A stretch of 29,207 nt of DNA from a bacterium (GTDB lineage Bacteria > Desulfobacterota > Binatia > UBA12015): positions 1-29,207 of the forward strand of contig JAPOLW010000001.1 of assembly GCA_029976905.1 (NCBI GenBank), written 5' to 3'. How positions within the stretch are numbered: position 1 is the first letter of the stretch; every line of letters begins with the position of its first letter. Position numbers and translations under genes: made by a program. This document shows, one piece after another, positions 1 through 9,287 of this stretch. The notes beneath the pieces are model-generated. The model was not told where the DNA came from, did no database searches, and saw nothing but the letters and a program-made list of their open reading frames with translations.

Positions 1-1525
1 TCTCCTCGGCGACCCGCCCGCCCAGCAGAACCGCAATCCGATCCAGAAGTTCGGCGCGACGGTGCAAGACGCGATCTTCGCTCGGCAGTTGCATCGTAAA
101 GCCCAGTGCACCGATCGAGCGCGGAATGATCGTGATCTTCGTGACCGGATCGGAATTCTCGAGGAGTGCGGCGACCAGGGCGTGACCCGACTCGTGGTGC
201 GCTACGAGTCTCCTGTCCTCGGGGCGGAGAACACGGCTGCGGCGCTCCAACCCGGTCATCAAGCGATCGGCTGCCTCGAGAAAGTGCGCCGTCTCGACCT
301 CCGTCGCATTGCGCTGCGCGGCCAGAAGCGCGCCTTCGTTGACGAGGTTTGCCAGATCCGCGCCCGAGAATCCCGGCGTCCGCGCCGCGATCGTATCGAC
401 GTCCACTTGCGGCGCCGCCTTCACCTTCTTGAGATGGACGCGCAGGATCTTCTCCCGTCCGACCCGGTCGGGTAATTCGACGCCGATGCGACGGTCGAAA
501 CGTCCCGCCCGCAGAAGGGCCGGATCGAGAACCTCCGGCCGATTCGTCGCCGCCAGGAGCACGACCCCTTTGGACGCGTCGAAGCCGTCCATTTCGACGA
601 GAAGCTGGTTCAAGGTCTGTTCCTGCTCATCGTGACGACCCATCTGCAGGCCCGCGCCCGCCCGGGACTTCCCGACCGCATCGAGCTCGTCGATGAAGAC
701 GATGCACGGCGCCTTGCCCTTGGCCTGCTCGAAGAGATCCCGTACCCGGGCAGCGCCGAGGCCGACGAACATTTCGATGAACTCGGAACCGCTGATCGAG
801 AAGAAGGGAACGCGTGCCTCACCGGCGATGGCGCGCGCCAGGAGTGTCTTGCCGGTGCCGGGAGGCCCCACCAGAAGAACCCCCTTGGGAATTCTTCCAC
901 CCAGTCGTTGGAAATGGGCCGGGTCGCGCAAGAAGGAAACAATGGCCTCGAGTTCGGCCTTGGCCTCGTCGATCCCAGCGACGTCGTCAAAGCGCGACTC
1001 GATGTCGTCCTCGCCGTAGATCTTGGCCTTGTTGCGTCCGAAGGAGAGAGCGCCCGCCGCCCCTCCACCACCCATGCGACGAGCGATGAAGTTCCACATC
1101 AAGAAGATCAGGCCAAAGGGCAGAAGCCATCCCAGCAGAAGAGTCCGCCAGAAATCGTCGGCAATCTCTCCGGAGAACTCGACCTGATGCCGGGACAGAT
1201 CCGAGACCAATGGCGTCAGGTCGAGTCCGGGAGGTCTCGTCGCGACGAAAGTCACTGCGTGCTCCGAGGTGAACGACCCGACCAGGCCCTTCTCTTTCTC
1301 CACCTTCTTTGCCAGCGCGCCGGTGACTTCGAACTCCGGTCGCAACTGAAAGCGGATTTCCTCGGAAGTGATGAGCGCCCGCTCGATCGCGTTCTCGTCG
1401 GTGAGGCTCTGGAGCTCGCTATAGCTGACCGAAATGGGCCTCGGAGCGACGAAGAGGCTCTGGATCACCAACAGGACGAAGAGCGCGACCGGCAGGTACC
1501 AGATGGAAATACGGAGGTTTTTCAA
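1..1525 (-). CDS. ftsH: ATP-dependent zinc metalloprotease FtsH (partial; 3' end lies beyond window start)
   Basis: Hand translation, not in the ORF track because no stop is in the window. TTG start at 1525, with GGAGGA 5 nt upstream. N-terminal TM helix ([25 protein letters not shown]), second TM, Walker A GPPGTGKT, Walker [32 protein letters not shown], zinc motif HESGH. Confidence 0.96.
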   Translation of the reverse strand, partial: MKNLRISIWYLPVALFVLLVIQSLFVAPRPISVSYSELQSLTDENAIERALITSEEIRFQLRPEFEVTGALAKKVEKEKGLVGSFTSEHAVTFVATRPPGLDLTPLVSDLSRHQVEFSGEIADDFWRTLLLGWLLPFGLIFLMWNFIARRMGGGGAAGALSFGRNKAKIYGEDDIESRFDDVAGIDEAKAELEAIVSFLRDPAHFQRLGGRIPKGVLLVGPPGTGKTLLARAIAGEARVPFFSISGSEFIEMFVGLGAARVRDLFEQAKGKAPCIVFIDELDAVGKSRAGAGLQMGRHDEQEQTLNQLLVEMDGFDASKGVVLLAATNRPEVLDPALLRAGRFDRRIGVELPDRVGREKILRVHLKKVKAAPQVDVDTIAARTPGFSGADLANLVNEGALLAAQRNATEVETAHFLEAADRLMTGLERRSRVLRPEDRRLVAHHESGHALVAALLENSDPVTKITIIPRSIGALGFTMQLPSEDRVLHRRAELLDRIAVLLGGRVAEE

Positions 1526-1621
1526 CGCATTCCTCCCACTGTCGCTCCCACCGACCGGCGGCGGCAGACCGCATGCCGAACGTCCTGCATGACTTAAACG
1601 TTAAGGCTGGGTGCGCGCCTG

Positions 1622-2221
1622 TCAACGCACGATCCGGGCGGCCCAGATCTCCTCGAGACGGCGTCGTAGATCCGCTCGTTCTCCGTCGTTCTCGATGACG
1701 ACATCCGCGGCGGCGCGGCGTTCGGCGTCGGGCATCTGGCGCGCGACGCGGGCATCGACCTCCTCGACGGAAAGTCCCCGGCCCGACGCGAGTCGCTTCC
1801 GAATGGTCTCGATCGATGCCGTCACGACCCAGACTTCTTCGACGATCGATCGCCATCCGGCCTCGAGGAGGATCGCCGCTTCGACGACCAGGCAGTCGGT
1901 TCGACCCCGTGCCCGTTCGGCCTCGATCCGAGTCTCGATCTCGGCCCGGATCAACGGATGCAGGGCTGCGTTCAATCGCGCCAACTCCGCCGGATCCGCG
2001 AAGACGATGGGACCCAGGATGCCCCGATCGATCCGGCCGTCGGTGCCGATCACCCGTTTTCCGAAGGCGGCCACGACAGCCTCGAACCCCGCCGTGCCGG
2101 GCTCGTAGATCGCATGGCCGATCTTGTCGGCGTCGATGACTCGGGCTCCGAGCGAGGCAAGGATCGATGCCGCCTCGCTCTTGCCCGCACCGATTCCACC
2201 GATGAGGCCGACCACGCGCAT
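1622..2221 (-). CDS. coaE: dephospho-CoA kinase
   Basis: MRVVGLIGGIGAGKS P-loop, IDADKIGH, IDRGILGPIVF, LHPLIR, VVEAAILLE, ARQMP, ADVVIEND. Start moved from ORF-track 2260 to ATG at 2221. Confidence 0.96.
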   Translation of the reverse strand: MRVVGLIGGIGAGKSEAASILASLGARVIDADKIGHAIYEPGTAGFEAVVAAFGKRVIGTDGRIDRGILGPIVFADPAELARLNAALHPLIRAEIETRIEAERARGRTDCLVVEAAILLEAGWRSIVEEVWVVTASIETIRKRLASGRGLSVEEVDARVARQMPDAERRAAADVVIENDGERADLRRRLEEIWAARIVR

Positions 2222-2287
2222 GGAGAATTCCTTGCAACCGCCACCGGCTCGCGCAAGCACCTGGCTTCCGCGGCCGTGGCGCTCCGC

Positions 2288-3580
2288 TCAGGGCGTCGTC
2301 CGCTCCAGCATGCGCGGAAACGGGATCGTCTCACGCACGTGATGGATCCCGCAAAGCCACGCCACCATGCGCTCGATCCCCATCCCGAAACCCGCATGCG
2401 GCACCGTCCCGTAGCGTCGCAGATCGAGGTACCACTCGAATGGCTCCGTAGGCAGATCGTGCTCCTGGATCTTGCGTTGCAAGATCTCGAGATCGTCCTC
2501 GCGTTGGCCGCCCCCGATGATCTCGCCGTACCCCTCGGGCGCGAGAACGTCGACGCAGAGAGCAAGCCGGGAATCCTCGGGGTCCGCCTTCATGTAGAAC
2601 GCCTTGCAAGCCGCAGGATAGCGATGGATCATCACCGGGCGGTCGTGGAGATCGGCCAGGATCGTCTCCTCGTCTCCCCCGAAATCATCGCCCCAGCGAT
2701 GCTCCCGACCCGCGTCCCGCAACGCCTCGATCGCTTCTCCATACGTAAGCCGCGGAAAAGGCTTCTGGACCTTTTCGAGGGCAGCCACATCGCGGCCGAG
2801 TAATTCGATTTCCGCCCGTCGCTCCTCGAGAACCTGCGCGACGACGGTGACGATGAAGTCCTCGGCGAGGTCCATGTCCCCTTCCAGATCGAGATAGGCG
2901 ACCTCCGGCTCGATCATCCAGAACTCCGTCAGATGACGACGCGTCTTCGACTTCTCTGCCCGGAAGGTCGGTCCCAGGCAGTAGACCTTCCCAAAGGCCA
3001 TCGCCCCGGCCTCCATGTACAGCTGACCGCTTTGCGTCAGAAAGATGCGGTCGCCGAAGTAGTCGACCGGGAAGAGCGTCGTGGTCCCCTCGCAAGAGGC
3101 CGGCGTGAAGATGGGAGCGTCGAGCAGCGTGAAATTGCGATCGTCGAAATAGCGACGGCAGGCGCGTACGACGCTGGCGCGGATCCGCAGGATCGCGTGC
3201 TGCCGGCTCGACCGCAGCCACAGGTGACGCCGATCGAGGAGGAAGGCCGTGCCGTGCTCCTTGGGGGTGATCGGGTATTCCTCCGACGGCCCGACGACGA
3301 TCACCTCCTCGACCTGGATCTCGTAGCCGCCCGGGGCGCGATCATCGGCCTGCACCCGCCCCGTGACCATCAAGGAAGACTCCTGGGGCAGATGCCCTGC
3401 CTCCTCGAAGACCGCTGGCGGCACGGACGGACGAAAAAGAGTACACTGGATGGTCCCGGTGCCGTCGCGCACCTGCAGGAAGAGCAGTTTCCCGCTCGAG
3501 CGGCGGCCGGCCAGCCAACCCCGAAGCGTGACGACCGCTCCGTCGTGCGCCCCGACCTCGGATACGTGGGTGATGTTCAT
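2288..3580 (-). CDS. asnS: asparagine--tRNA ligase (class IIb)
   Basis: N-terminal OB fold (LRGW...[12 protein letters not shown]), [15 protein letters not shown], motif 2 [33 protein letters not shown], motif 3 [22 protein letters not shown]. Start set at ATG 3580 (MNITHV). Confidence 0.95.
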   Translation of the reverse strand: MNITHVSEVGAHDGAVVTLRGWLAGRRSSGKLLFLQVRDGTGTIQCTLFRPSVPPAVFEEAGHLPQESSLMVTGRVQADDRAPGGYEIQVEEVIVVGPSEEYPITPKEHGTAFLLDRRHLWLRSSRQHAILRIRASVVRACRRYFDDRNFTLLDAPIFTPASCEGTTTLFPVDYFGDRIFLTQSGQLYMEAGAMAFGKVYCLGPTFRAEKSKTRRHLTEFWMIEPEVAYLDLEGDMDLAEDFIVTVVAQVLEERRAEIELLGRDVAALEKVQKPFPRLTYGEAIEALRDAGREHRWGDDFGGDEETILADLHDRPVMIHRYPAACKAFYMKADPEDSRLALCVDVLAPEGYGEIIGGGQREDDLEILQRKIQEHDLPTEPFEWYLDLRRYGTVPHAGFGMGIERMVAWLCGIHHVRETIPFPRMLERTTP

Positions 3581-3585
3581 GGGCG

Positions 3586-3615
3586 GGTTAACCCGGGTGG
3601 AGGCCAAAATGTCAA
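3586..3615 (-). promoter_or_regulatory. candidate sigma70 promoter of asnS
   Basis: Perfect TTGACA at 3615-3610 on the minus strand, but only a weak -10 (TTAACC, 3591-3586, 18-nt spacer). Confidence 0.4.
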
Positions 3616-3643
3616 GGAAAAACGAGTAGTTTGGAGCCCGTCC

Positions 3644-3672
3644 TTGACTCCCCCCCATTCCAGGACTATAAA
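3644..3672 (+). promoter_or_regulatory. sigma70 promoter of the isc operon
   Basis: TTGACT (3644-3649), 17-nt spacer, TATAAA (3667-3672). Near-consensus in a GC-rich background, 56 nt upstream of the iscS ATG. Confidence 0.75.
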
Positions 3673-3707
3673 TTCATACTAAGACGGTCGGAATAGTCTG
3701 ACTGTCT
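3671..3707 (+). promoter_or_regulatory. candidate Rrf2/IscR-type operator overlapping an 11-bp 5' hairpin
   Basis: ATTCATACT-N5-GGTCGGAAT imperfect inverted repeat (3672-3694). Its core ACTAAGACGGTCGG matches 12/14 of the E. coli IscR type-1 core ACTRWWWYAGTCRR as I recall it. It overlaps AGACGGTCGGA-ATAG-TCTGACTGTCT (3682-3707). Confidence 0.5.
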
Positions 3708-3728
3708 CGACCCCCGGGAAATCGTGAG

Positions 3729-4973
3729 ATGAAGCGTCGAATCTATATGGACTACCACGCCACCACCCCCATGGACCCACGGGTGCTGGAGGCGATGCTG
3801 CCCTACTTCCAGGACGAATTCGGCAACGCCGCGAGCCGGAACCACTGCTTCGGTTGGGAAGCCGAAAGGGCCGTCGACCGGTCCCGTGAGATCGTTGCGG
3901 ATCTCATCGGCGGAAAGGCCAAGGAGGTCATCTGGCTCTCGGGTGCCACCGAATCGGACAACCTGGCCGTCAAGGGCGTCGCGGAATTCTACAAAGACAA
4001 GGGCAACCACATCATCACGGCGGCCACCGAGCACAAAGCGATCCTCGATACGTGCAAAGCACTCGAGCGCAAGAAGGTGGCCCGGGTGACCTACCTTCCC
4101 GTGGACGAGCGCGGTCGCGTGGACCCCGAACAGGTCCGTGAGGCGATCACCGACGAAACGATCCTCATCTCGGTCATGTTGGCCAACAACGAGATCGGCA
4201 CGATCCAGCCCATCTCCGAAATCGGCCGCATCGCGAAGGAAAAGGGCATCTTCTTCCATACCGACGCTACCCAGGGCTTCGGAAAGATCCCGATCGACGT
4301 CGATGAACTCGGCGTCGATCTTCTCTCCGCTACCGGGCATAAGATCTACGGCCCCAAGGGTTGCGGCCTTCTCTGGGTTCGCTCGCGTGGCCCACGGGTG
4401 CGTCTGACCGCGCAAATCGACGGCGGCGGCCACGAACGCGGCATGCGCTCGGGAACCCTCAACGTCTCGGGAATCGTCGGCCTCGCGCGCGCGGCCGAAC
4501 TCGCCAAGGCCGAAATGGCAGACGAGCACCGAAGGGTCTTTGCTCTTCGTGAGCGACTGAATGCGAAGATCACCGGAGAGTTGGACGAAGTCTATCTCAA
4601 TGGTCACCCGACCGATCGCCTGGCCGGAAACCTCAACTTGAGCTTCGCCTACATCGAGGGTGAGTCGATGCTGATGGGCCTCAATGGCTCGGCCGACCCC
4701 GATCTTCCCGCCATCGCCGTCTCCTCCGGATCCGCCTGCACCTCGGCCACCCTCGAGCCCTCGTACGTGCTCAAGGCTCTGGGCGTTGGCGACGAACTGG
4801 CGCACACTTCGATCCGTTTTGGCCTGGGCCGCTTCAACACCGAAGAAGAGGTCGATTATGTGGCAGAGCGCGTGATCTCGGAGGTAAAGCGACTGCGGGA
4901 ACTCTCGCCTCTGTACGAGATGGCGAAAGAAGGAATCGATCTGAAGGATTACTTCGCCGGCGCGCAGCACTGA
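3729..4973 (+). CDS. iscS: cysteine desulfurase IscS (group I)
   Basis: [34 protein letters not shown] lysine in [16 protein letters not shown], catalytic [18 protein letters not shown]-terminal SPLYEM. Confidence 0.97.
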   Translation: MKRRIYMDYHATTPMDPRVLEAMLPYFQDEFGNAASRNHCFGWEAERAVDRSREIVADLIGGKAKEVIWLSGATESDNLAVKGVAEFYKDKGNHIITAATEHKAILDTCKALERKKVARVTYLPVDERGRVDPEQVREAITDETILISVMLANNEIGTIQPISEIGRIAKEKGIFFHTDATQGFGKIPIDVDELGVDLLSATGHKIYGPKGCGLLWVRSRGPRVRLTAQIDGGGHERGMRSGTLNVSGIVGLARAAELAKAEMADEHRRVFALRERLNAKITGELDEVYLNGHPTDRLAGNLNLSFAYIEGESMLMGLNGSADPDLPAIAVSSGSACTSATLEPSYVLKALGVGDELAHTSIRFGLGRFNTEEEVDYVAERVISEVKRLRELSPLYEMAKEGIDLKDYFAGAQH

Positions 4974-5022
4974 ACCGAAAACGGCGATCGCACGACACCG
5001 AAGAACAACGGAGAAGGAAAAG

Positions 5023-5436
5023 ATGGCCAGCTATAGCGACAAGGTCCTCGACCATTACAGCAATCCCCGCAACGTGGGCTCGTTCGAGAAGGGCGAGGAG
5101 AACGTCGGAACGGGAATCGTCGGCGCACCAGAATGCGGCGACGTCATGAAGTTGCAGCTCAAGATCAGCGAGCAGGGCGTCGTCGAAGACGCAAAGTTCA
5201 AGACCTTCGGTTGCGGCAGCGCAATCGCAAGCTCGAGCTACGTCACCGAACTCGTGAAGGGCAAGACCGTAGACGAGGTGGAGCAGATCAAGAACGCCGT
5301 CATCGTCGAGGAGCTCTCGCTTCCTCCGGTGAAGGTGCATTGCTCGGTCCTCGCCGAGGATGCGATCAAGGCTGCCGTCAAGGACTGGCGCGAGCACAAC
5401 GACGAAAAGAAGGAAAAGGACGTGGCCGCGGGCTGA
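5023..5436 (+). CDS. iscU: Fe-S cluster scaffold IscU
   Basis: YSDKVLDHYSNPRNVG, GAPECGDVMKLQ, KTFGCGSAIASSS, HscA-recognition motif LPPVK followed by HCS. RBS GGAGAAGGA. Confidence 0.98.
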   Translation: MASYSDKVLDHYSNPRNVGSFEKGEENVGTGIVGAPECGDVMKLQLKISEQGVVEDAKFKTFGCGSAIASSSYVTELVKGKTVDEVEQIKNAVIVEELSLPPVKVHCSVLAEDAIKAAVKDWREHNDEKKEKDVAAG

Positions 5437-5463
5437 TCGCTCTGGCCGGCACGGAGAAGTTCT

Positions 5464-5796
5464 TTGGCAGCACGAGGCATAACGCTGAGCGACGCCGCGG
5501 TCGCCAAAATTCGGACGCTGCTCCCCGGTGACGATACCGGAGAGCGCGGTCTTCGCGTGAAGGTCATCGGCGGTGGGTGCTCCGGTCTTTCCTACAAGAT
5601 GGACCTGGACCAGAAGCGCGACGGCGATCGGGTCTTCGAACGAGACGGCGCCCGGATCATCGTCGACCGCAAGAGCTACCTCTACCTCAACGGCACCGAA
5701 CTCGACTACGCCGACGACCTGATGCAGTCGGGCTTCAATCTCCAGAACCCCAACGTCAAACGGACCTGTGGCTGCGGCGCCTCGTTCGGAGTCTGA
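5464..5796 (+). CDS. iscA: A-type Fe-S carrier (HesB/IscA family)
   Basis: TTG start with GGAG 7 nt upstream. [38 protein letters not shown]. Confidence 0.96.
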   Translation: MAARGITLSDAAVAKIRTLLPGDDTGERGLRVKVIGGGCSGLSYKMDLDQKRDGDRVFERDGARIIVDRKSYLYLNGTELDYADDLMQSGFNLQNPNVKRTCGCGASFGV

Positions 5797-6430
5797 CCGG
5801 AAGATCCGCTGTTGGCGCTGTGAAGTCGCGAACCCGCCGGCTTTTTTCTGCGCCGGTTGTGGGGCCATCCAATCTCTTCCCAGCGACAGCAATTACTCCT
5901 CCCTGCTCGGTTTTGGCGGTGGGCCGGTCGTGGATCGTGACGATCTCCAGGCCCGCTATTACGATTTGAGCCGCAAGCTCCATCCGGATCGCTTCGTGAC
6001 CGGCTCTCCCGAGGAACAGCGGATCAGCGTCCAGGCGACGGCCCTCCTGAACGACGCTTTTCGCACTCTCAAGGACACCGAGAGTCGCGGGCGCTGGTGG
6101 TTGAGGCGACAAGAGGAAACGCTGGGCCGCGACAACAACCGGGTGCCTCCCGAACTCGCCATGCTGGTCTTCGACATCCAGGAAAAGATCGAGCGACTGG
6201 CCGGCGGAGAACATCACGAAGACCAAGAACTGCGGACGGAAATGAGAGCGGTGGAAACGGACCTGACACGACGCATGGACGACGCGAGAAATGCTGTGGA
6301 GACGATCCTTCGAGAGTGGCCGCACGAGGGCCCCCTCGAGGACGCCCGGTCCAATCTCAAACGCGTTCTCTCCGACCTTTCGTATCTTCGTACCCTGACG
6401 CGAGACGTCCGGGCCAGCCTCGGGGGGTGA
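5768..6430 (+). CDS. hscB: Fe-S co-chaperone HscB (J-domain) with N-terminal tetracysteine motif
   Basis: CWRC-x9-CAGC, J-domain [20 protein letters not shown], helical C-terminus, and position between iscA and hscA. Start uncertain: the only canonical start before the Cys motif is GTG 5768 inside iscA. Confidence 0.92.
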   Translation: MAAAPRSESDRKIRCWRCEVANPPAFFCAGCGAIQSLPSDSNYSSLLGFGGGPVVDRDDLQARYYDLSRKLHPDRFVTGSPEEQRISVQATALLNDAFRTLKDTESRGRWWLRRQEETLGRDNNRVPPELAMLVFDIQEKIERLAGGEHHEDQELRTEMRAVETDLTRRMDDARNAVETILREWPHEGPLEDARSNLKRVLSDLSYLRTLTRDVRASLGG

Positions 6431-6435
6431 GAAAA

Positions 6436-8256
6436 ATGCCTCCGCGCATCGTCGGCATCGACCTCGGTACCACCAATAGCCTCGTCGCCTACATGAACGG
6501 CGAGCGACCCGAAATCCTGGCGGACCCCTCTACCGCCGAAGCCCTCCTTCCGTCGGCCATCTCGCGCCTCGAAGACGGAGCTTTCGTCGTCGGAGAGACC
6601 GCCCGCCGTCGCGCCCGCCTCCACCCGGAGAGCTCGGTTCTCTCGGTCAAGCGCTTCATGGGCCTCGGCACCGAACACCTCGACCGGGGAGACCGAGCCC
6701 AGTATCGCTTTGCGCCCGACGACGGCCCCCTGAAGATCCTTCTTGGAGGCGAATCGGGAACGGCCCTCTCTCCGCCCGAGATCTCCTCGCTCATCCTTCG
6801 CGAACTGCGCCGTCGCGCCGAAAAGATCCTCGGCGAGGAGGTCCCACGCGCCGTGATTACGGTGCCCGCCTACTTCAACGACAGCCAACGCCAGGCCACC
6901 CGGGACGCTGGGCGACTGGCCGGCCTCGACGTGCTGCGCCTGGTGAACGAACCGACGGCAGCCGCCCTTGCCTACGGCCTCGACCACCAGGAGGAAGCCG
7001 TCGTCGCCGTCTTCGACCTCGGCGGGGGGACCTTCGACGTTTCGATCCTGCAGCTGCGCGAGGGGCTCTCGGAGGTTCTGGCGACCGGCGGCGACACCCG
7101 CCTCGGGGGAGATGATTTCGATCGGGCCATCGTTCAGCATTTCTGCGAGCAGCTCGATCTGCCCGAGCCCGGGACCGATGTTCTCGCGATCCTGCTCTCG
7201 GGTGCCGAAGAAGCAAAGCGGGCCCTGTCGACGCGGGAGGAGGCACGGGTCGACCTCCCGCTACCGGGAGGAACCCGCGTTGCCTCGATCACCCGGGCGG
7301 CCTTCGAGACCGCCACCGAGGAACTCGTCGGCCGGACGATCGAGCGCTGCCAGCAGGCTCTCGACGACGCCGAAAAGGCTCCTGCGGACGTCGACCATGT
7401 CCTTCTCGTCGGTGGGGCGACGCGGATGCCCGTCATCCAGAAGCGCGTCGCGGAGTTCTTCGGACGTCCGCCACGCGCCGAGATCGACCCCGACAACGTC
7501 GTCGCCCTGGGTGCGGCGGTCCAGGCAGGGATCCTCTCGGGCGGCACCAGGGACATGCTCCTGCTCGACGTGGTGCCCCTGTCGCTCGGGATCGAAACCA
7601 TGGGAGAGGTCTTCACCCGCCTGATCGACCGCAACACCACGATTCCGGCGGCCGCGCGCGAGGAATTCACGACCGCCGTGGACAACCAAACCCACGTCGA
7701 GGTGCACGTCCTGCAGGGCGAGCGCGAGCTGGCGAAGGATTGCCGCAGCCTGGCGCGATTTCGCATTCCAATCCCACCACAAATCGCGGGCCTCCCCCGG
7801 GTCGAAGTCACCTTTCTCATCGACGCAAACGGTATCCTTTCCGTTTCCGCGCGAGACACGCGCACCAACGCCGAGCAGTCCATCGAGGTCAAACCGAGTT
7901 ACGGTCTGACCGACGACGTCATCGAGCAGATGCTCGAGGAATCCTTCGACCTGGCCGAGGAAGACTTCGCCGCGCGTCTCCTGGTCGAAGCCCGCGTCGA
8001 AGCCGAGACCCTCCTGCATACGACCGCGCGCGCCCTCGAGGGGCACGCCGACCGCGTCGACGATGCCGAGCGGGCGCGCATCGCAGCGGCGGAGACCGAA
8101 CTTCGCTCCGCCTGCGAAGGAACCGATCACAACCAGATTCGAGACCTCATCGAGGTCTTGAACGAAGCGGGACGACCGCTCGCGGAACGCATCATGGATG
8201 ATTCGATTCGCGCGGCTCTGGCATCACGAAGCGTGGACGAGATTTCGAACCCATGA
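6436..8256 (+). CDS. hscA: Fe-S assembly Hsp70 chaperone HscA
   Basis: [63 protein letters not shown]. About 606 aa, in isc context. Start moved from 6097 to ATG 6436. Confidence 0.94.
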   Translation: MPPRIVGIDLGTTNSLVAYMNGERPEILADPSTAEALLPSAISRLEDGAFVVGETARRRARLHPESSVLSVKRFMGLGTEHLDRGDRAQYRFAPDDGPLKILLGGESGTALSPPEISSLILRELRRRAEKILGEEVPRAVITVPAYFNDSQRQATRDAGRLAGLDVLRLVNEPTAAALAYGLDHQEEAVVAVFDLGGGTFDVSILQLREGLSEVLATGGDTRLGGDDFDRAIVQHFCEQLDLPEPGTDVLAILLSGAEEAKRALSTREEARVDLPLPGGTRVASITRAAFETATEELVGRTIERCQQALDDAEKAPADVDHVLLVGGATRMPVIQKRVAEFFGRPPRAEIDPDNVVALGAAVQAGILSGGTRDMLLLDVVPLSLGIETMGEVFTRLIDRNTTIPAAAREEFTTAVDNQTHVEVHVLQGERELAKDCRSLARFRIPIPPQIAGLPRVEVTFLIDANGILSVSARDTRTNAEQSIEVKPSYGLTDDVIEQMLEESFDLAEEDFAARLLVEARVEAETLLHTTARALEGHADRVDDAERARIAAAETELRSACEGTDHNQIRDLIEVLNEAGRPLAERIMDDSIRAALASRSVDEISNP

Positions 8257-8576
8257 GGCACAAGATCACATTTCTGCCGATGAACATCGTCGTCGAGGTA
8301 GATGACGATGCCTACCCCTACGGCGATCACGGAAAGCCCGGATCTCTGCTCGACATCGCACTCGAGAACGGGATCACGCTCGAGCACAACTGCGGCGGGA
8401 ATTGCGCGTGTACGACGTGTCACGTGATCATCCGACAGGGCGAGGAAAACCTCTCGGAGATGGAGGAGGACGAGGAGGACAAGCTCGACCAGGCCCCGGG
8501 CCTCACTCCCTACTCGAGGTTGGGTTGCCAATGTGTCGTTCGGGGTGACGTAACCGTGGAAATCCCCGAGTTCTAG
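8253..8576 (+). CDS. fdx: ISC-type [2Fe-2S] ferredoxin (adrenodoxin-like)
   Basis: [14 protein letters not shown] (C-x3-C-x1-C-x2-C region) and SRLGCQ. ATGA overlap with the hscA stop. Confidence 0.96.
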   Translation: MRHKITFLPMNIVVEVDDDAYPYGDHGKPGSLLDIALENGITLEHNCGGNCACTTCHVIIRQGEENLSEMEEDEEDKLDQAPGLTPYSRLGCQCVVRGDVTVEIPEF

Positions 8577-8608
8577 GGCGAAATGCAGACGAATGCCTCC
8601 CAGCGCGC

Positions 8609-8654
8609 GCTCTTCTCGTGCCCCGATGCTCCATGGATGGGTGCGAGGATGAGC
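8609..8654 (+). terminator. hairpin at 3' end of isc operon (possible terminator or stabiliser; no U-tract)
   Basis: CTCGTGCCC (8615-8623) pairs with GGGTGCGAG (8639-8647) using two G-U pairs, extended by GCTC/GAGC (8609-8612 / 8651-8654). Confidence 0.35.
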
Positions 8655-8657
8655 CCA

Positions 8658-8688
8658 TTGACCGCAAGCGTAAGACATCTGATAGACT
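8658..8688 (+). promoter_or_regulatory. candidate promoter of the Rrf2 gene
   Basis: TTGACC (8658-8663) and TAGACT (8683-8688). The 19-nt spacer is longer than optimal. Confidence 0.35.
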
Positions 8689-8743
8689 CCGCGATCAGGA
8701 TGGCGATGCGTCTGGCAGACAATACCCGCCGACGGAGGCGACC

Positions 8744-9208
8744 ATGGCGCTGATGCAGGTAAGCCGCCGCGTCGACTACGCCTTGCGGGCGACGATCCAT
8801 CTCGCCCGTCAGGAGCCTGGACGAGCCGCTTCGGTCAGCGAAATCTCCACGACCGAGGCGATCCCACGGAAGTTCCTCGAGAAGATCATCCAGGATCTCA
8901 TCCACGCCGGACTCGTGCTCTCCCGACGTGGAGCACACGGCGGCTACCTCCTGGCTCGATCTCCCGACGAGATCTCCTTCAAGGAAGTCCTCGAGGCGGT
9001 CGAGGGCCCCATTGCCCTCAATGTCTGCGTCGGCGCCCCGCACGTCTGCTCCGTGAGCACGACCTGCGGCATGCAGCACATCTGGCAGGAGGGCCAGCGA
9101 CGCTTGATCGAGTATTTCGGCTCCACCAAGCTCGCCGATCTGCTCGCCCCGCCAGCCATGACCCTTTCCGATCCCGGGTCGGCCGCCTCCTCCAGCCCGC
9201 CGAACTGA
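8744..9208 (+). CDS. Rrf2-family Fe-S transcriptional regulator
   Basis: GGAGG 5 nt before ATG 8744. VDYALRA, IPRKFLEKIIQDL, wing SRRGAHGGYLLARSPDEIS, VLEAVEG, three Cys in C-x6-C-x5-C. Confidence 0.93.
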   Translation: MALMQVSRRVDYALRATIHLARQEPGRAASVSEISTTEAIPRKFLEKIIQDLIHAGLVLSRRGAHGGYLLARSPDEISFKEVLEAVEGPIALNVCVGAPHVCSVSTTCGMQHIWQEGQRRLIEYFGSTKLADLLAPPAMTLSDPGSAASSSPPN

Positions 9209-9229
9209 CCAGAGCAAAGCAGACGCCCG

Positions 9230-9287
9230 GTGCCGCCTGACGGAGACCCCCTCTCGGCGAGGGCCTTTCCGTCAGGCGCAGGGGCAC
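9230..9287 (+). other. strong stem-loop downstream of the Rrf2 gene
   Basis: Perfect 11-bp inverted repeat CGCCTGACGGA (9234-9244) / TCCGTCAGGCG (9268-9278), inner CCCTC/GAGGG helix, outer GTGCC/GGCAC. Confidence 0.6.

Noticed and set aside
1526-1621. CIRCE/HrcA element upstream of ftsH
   Set aside because: No TTAGCACTC-N9-GAGTGCTAA match.
6097-6435. ORF-track N-terminal extensions (hscA 6097, asnS 3658, Rrf2 8618, permease 12401, cca 16468, selB 21793, vanZ 25989)
   Set aside because: They overlap neighbouring genes or promoters and precede the conserved family N-termini; better starts with RBS or stop-start overlaps exist.
6436-8256. DnaK
   Set aside because: isc context, paired HscB and IscU LPPVK motif, and short C-terminus indicate HscA.
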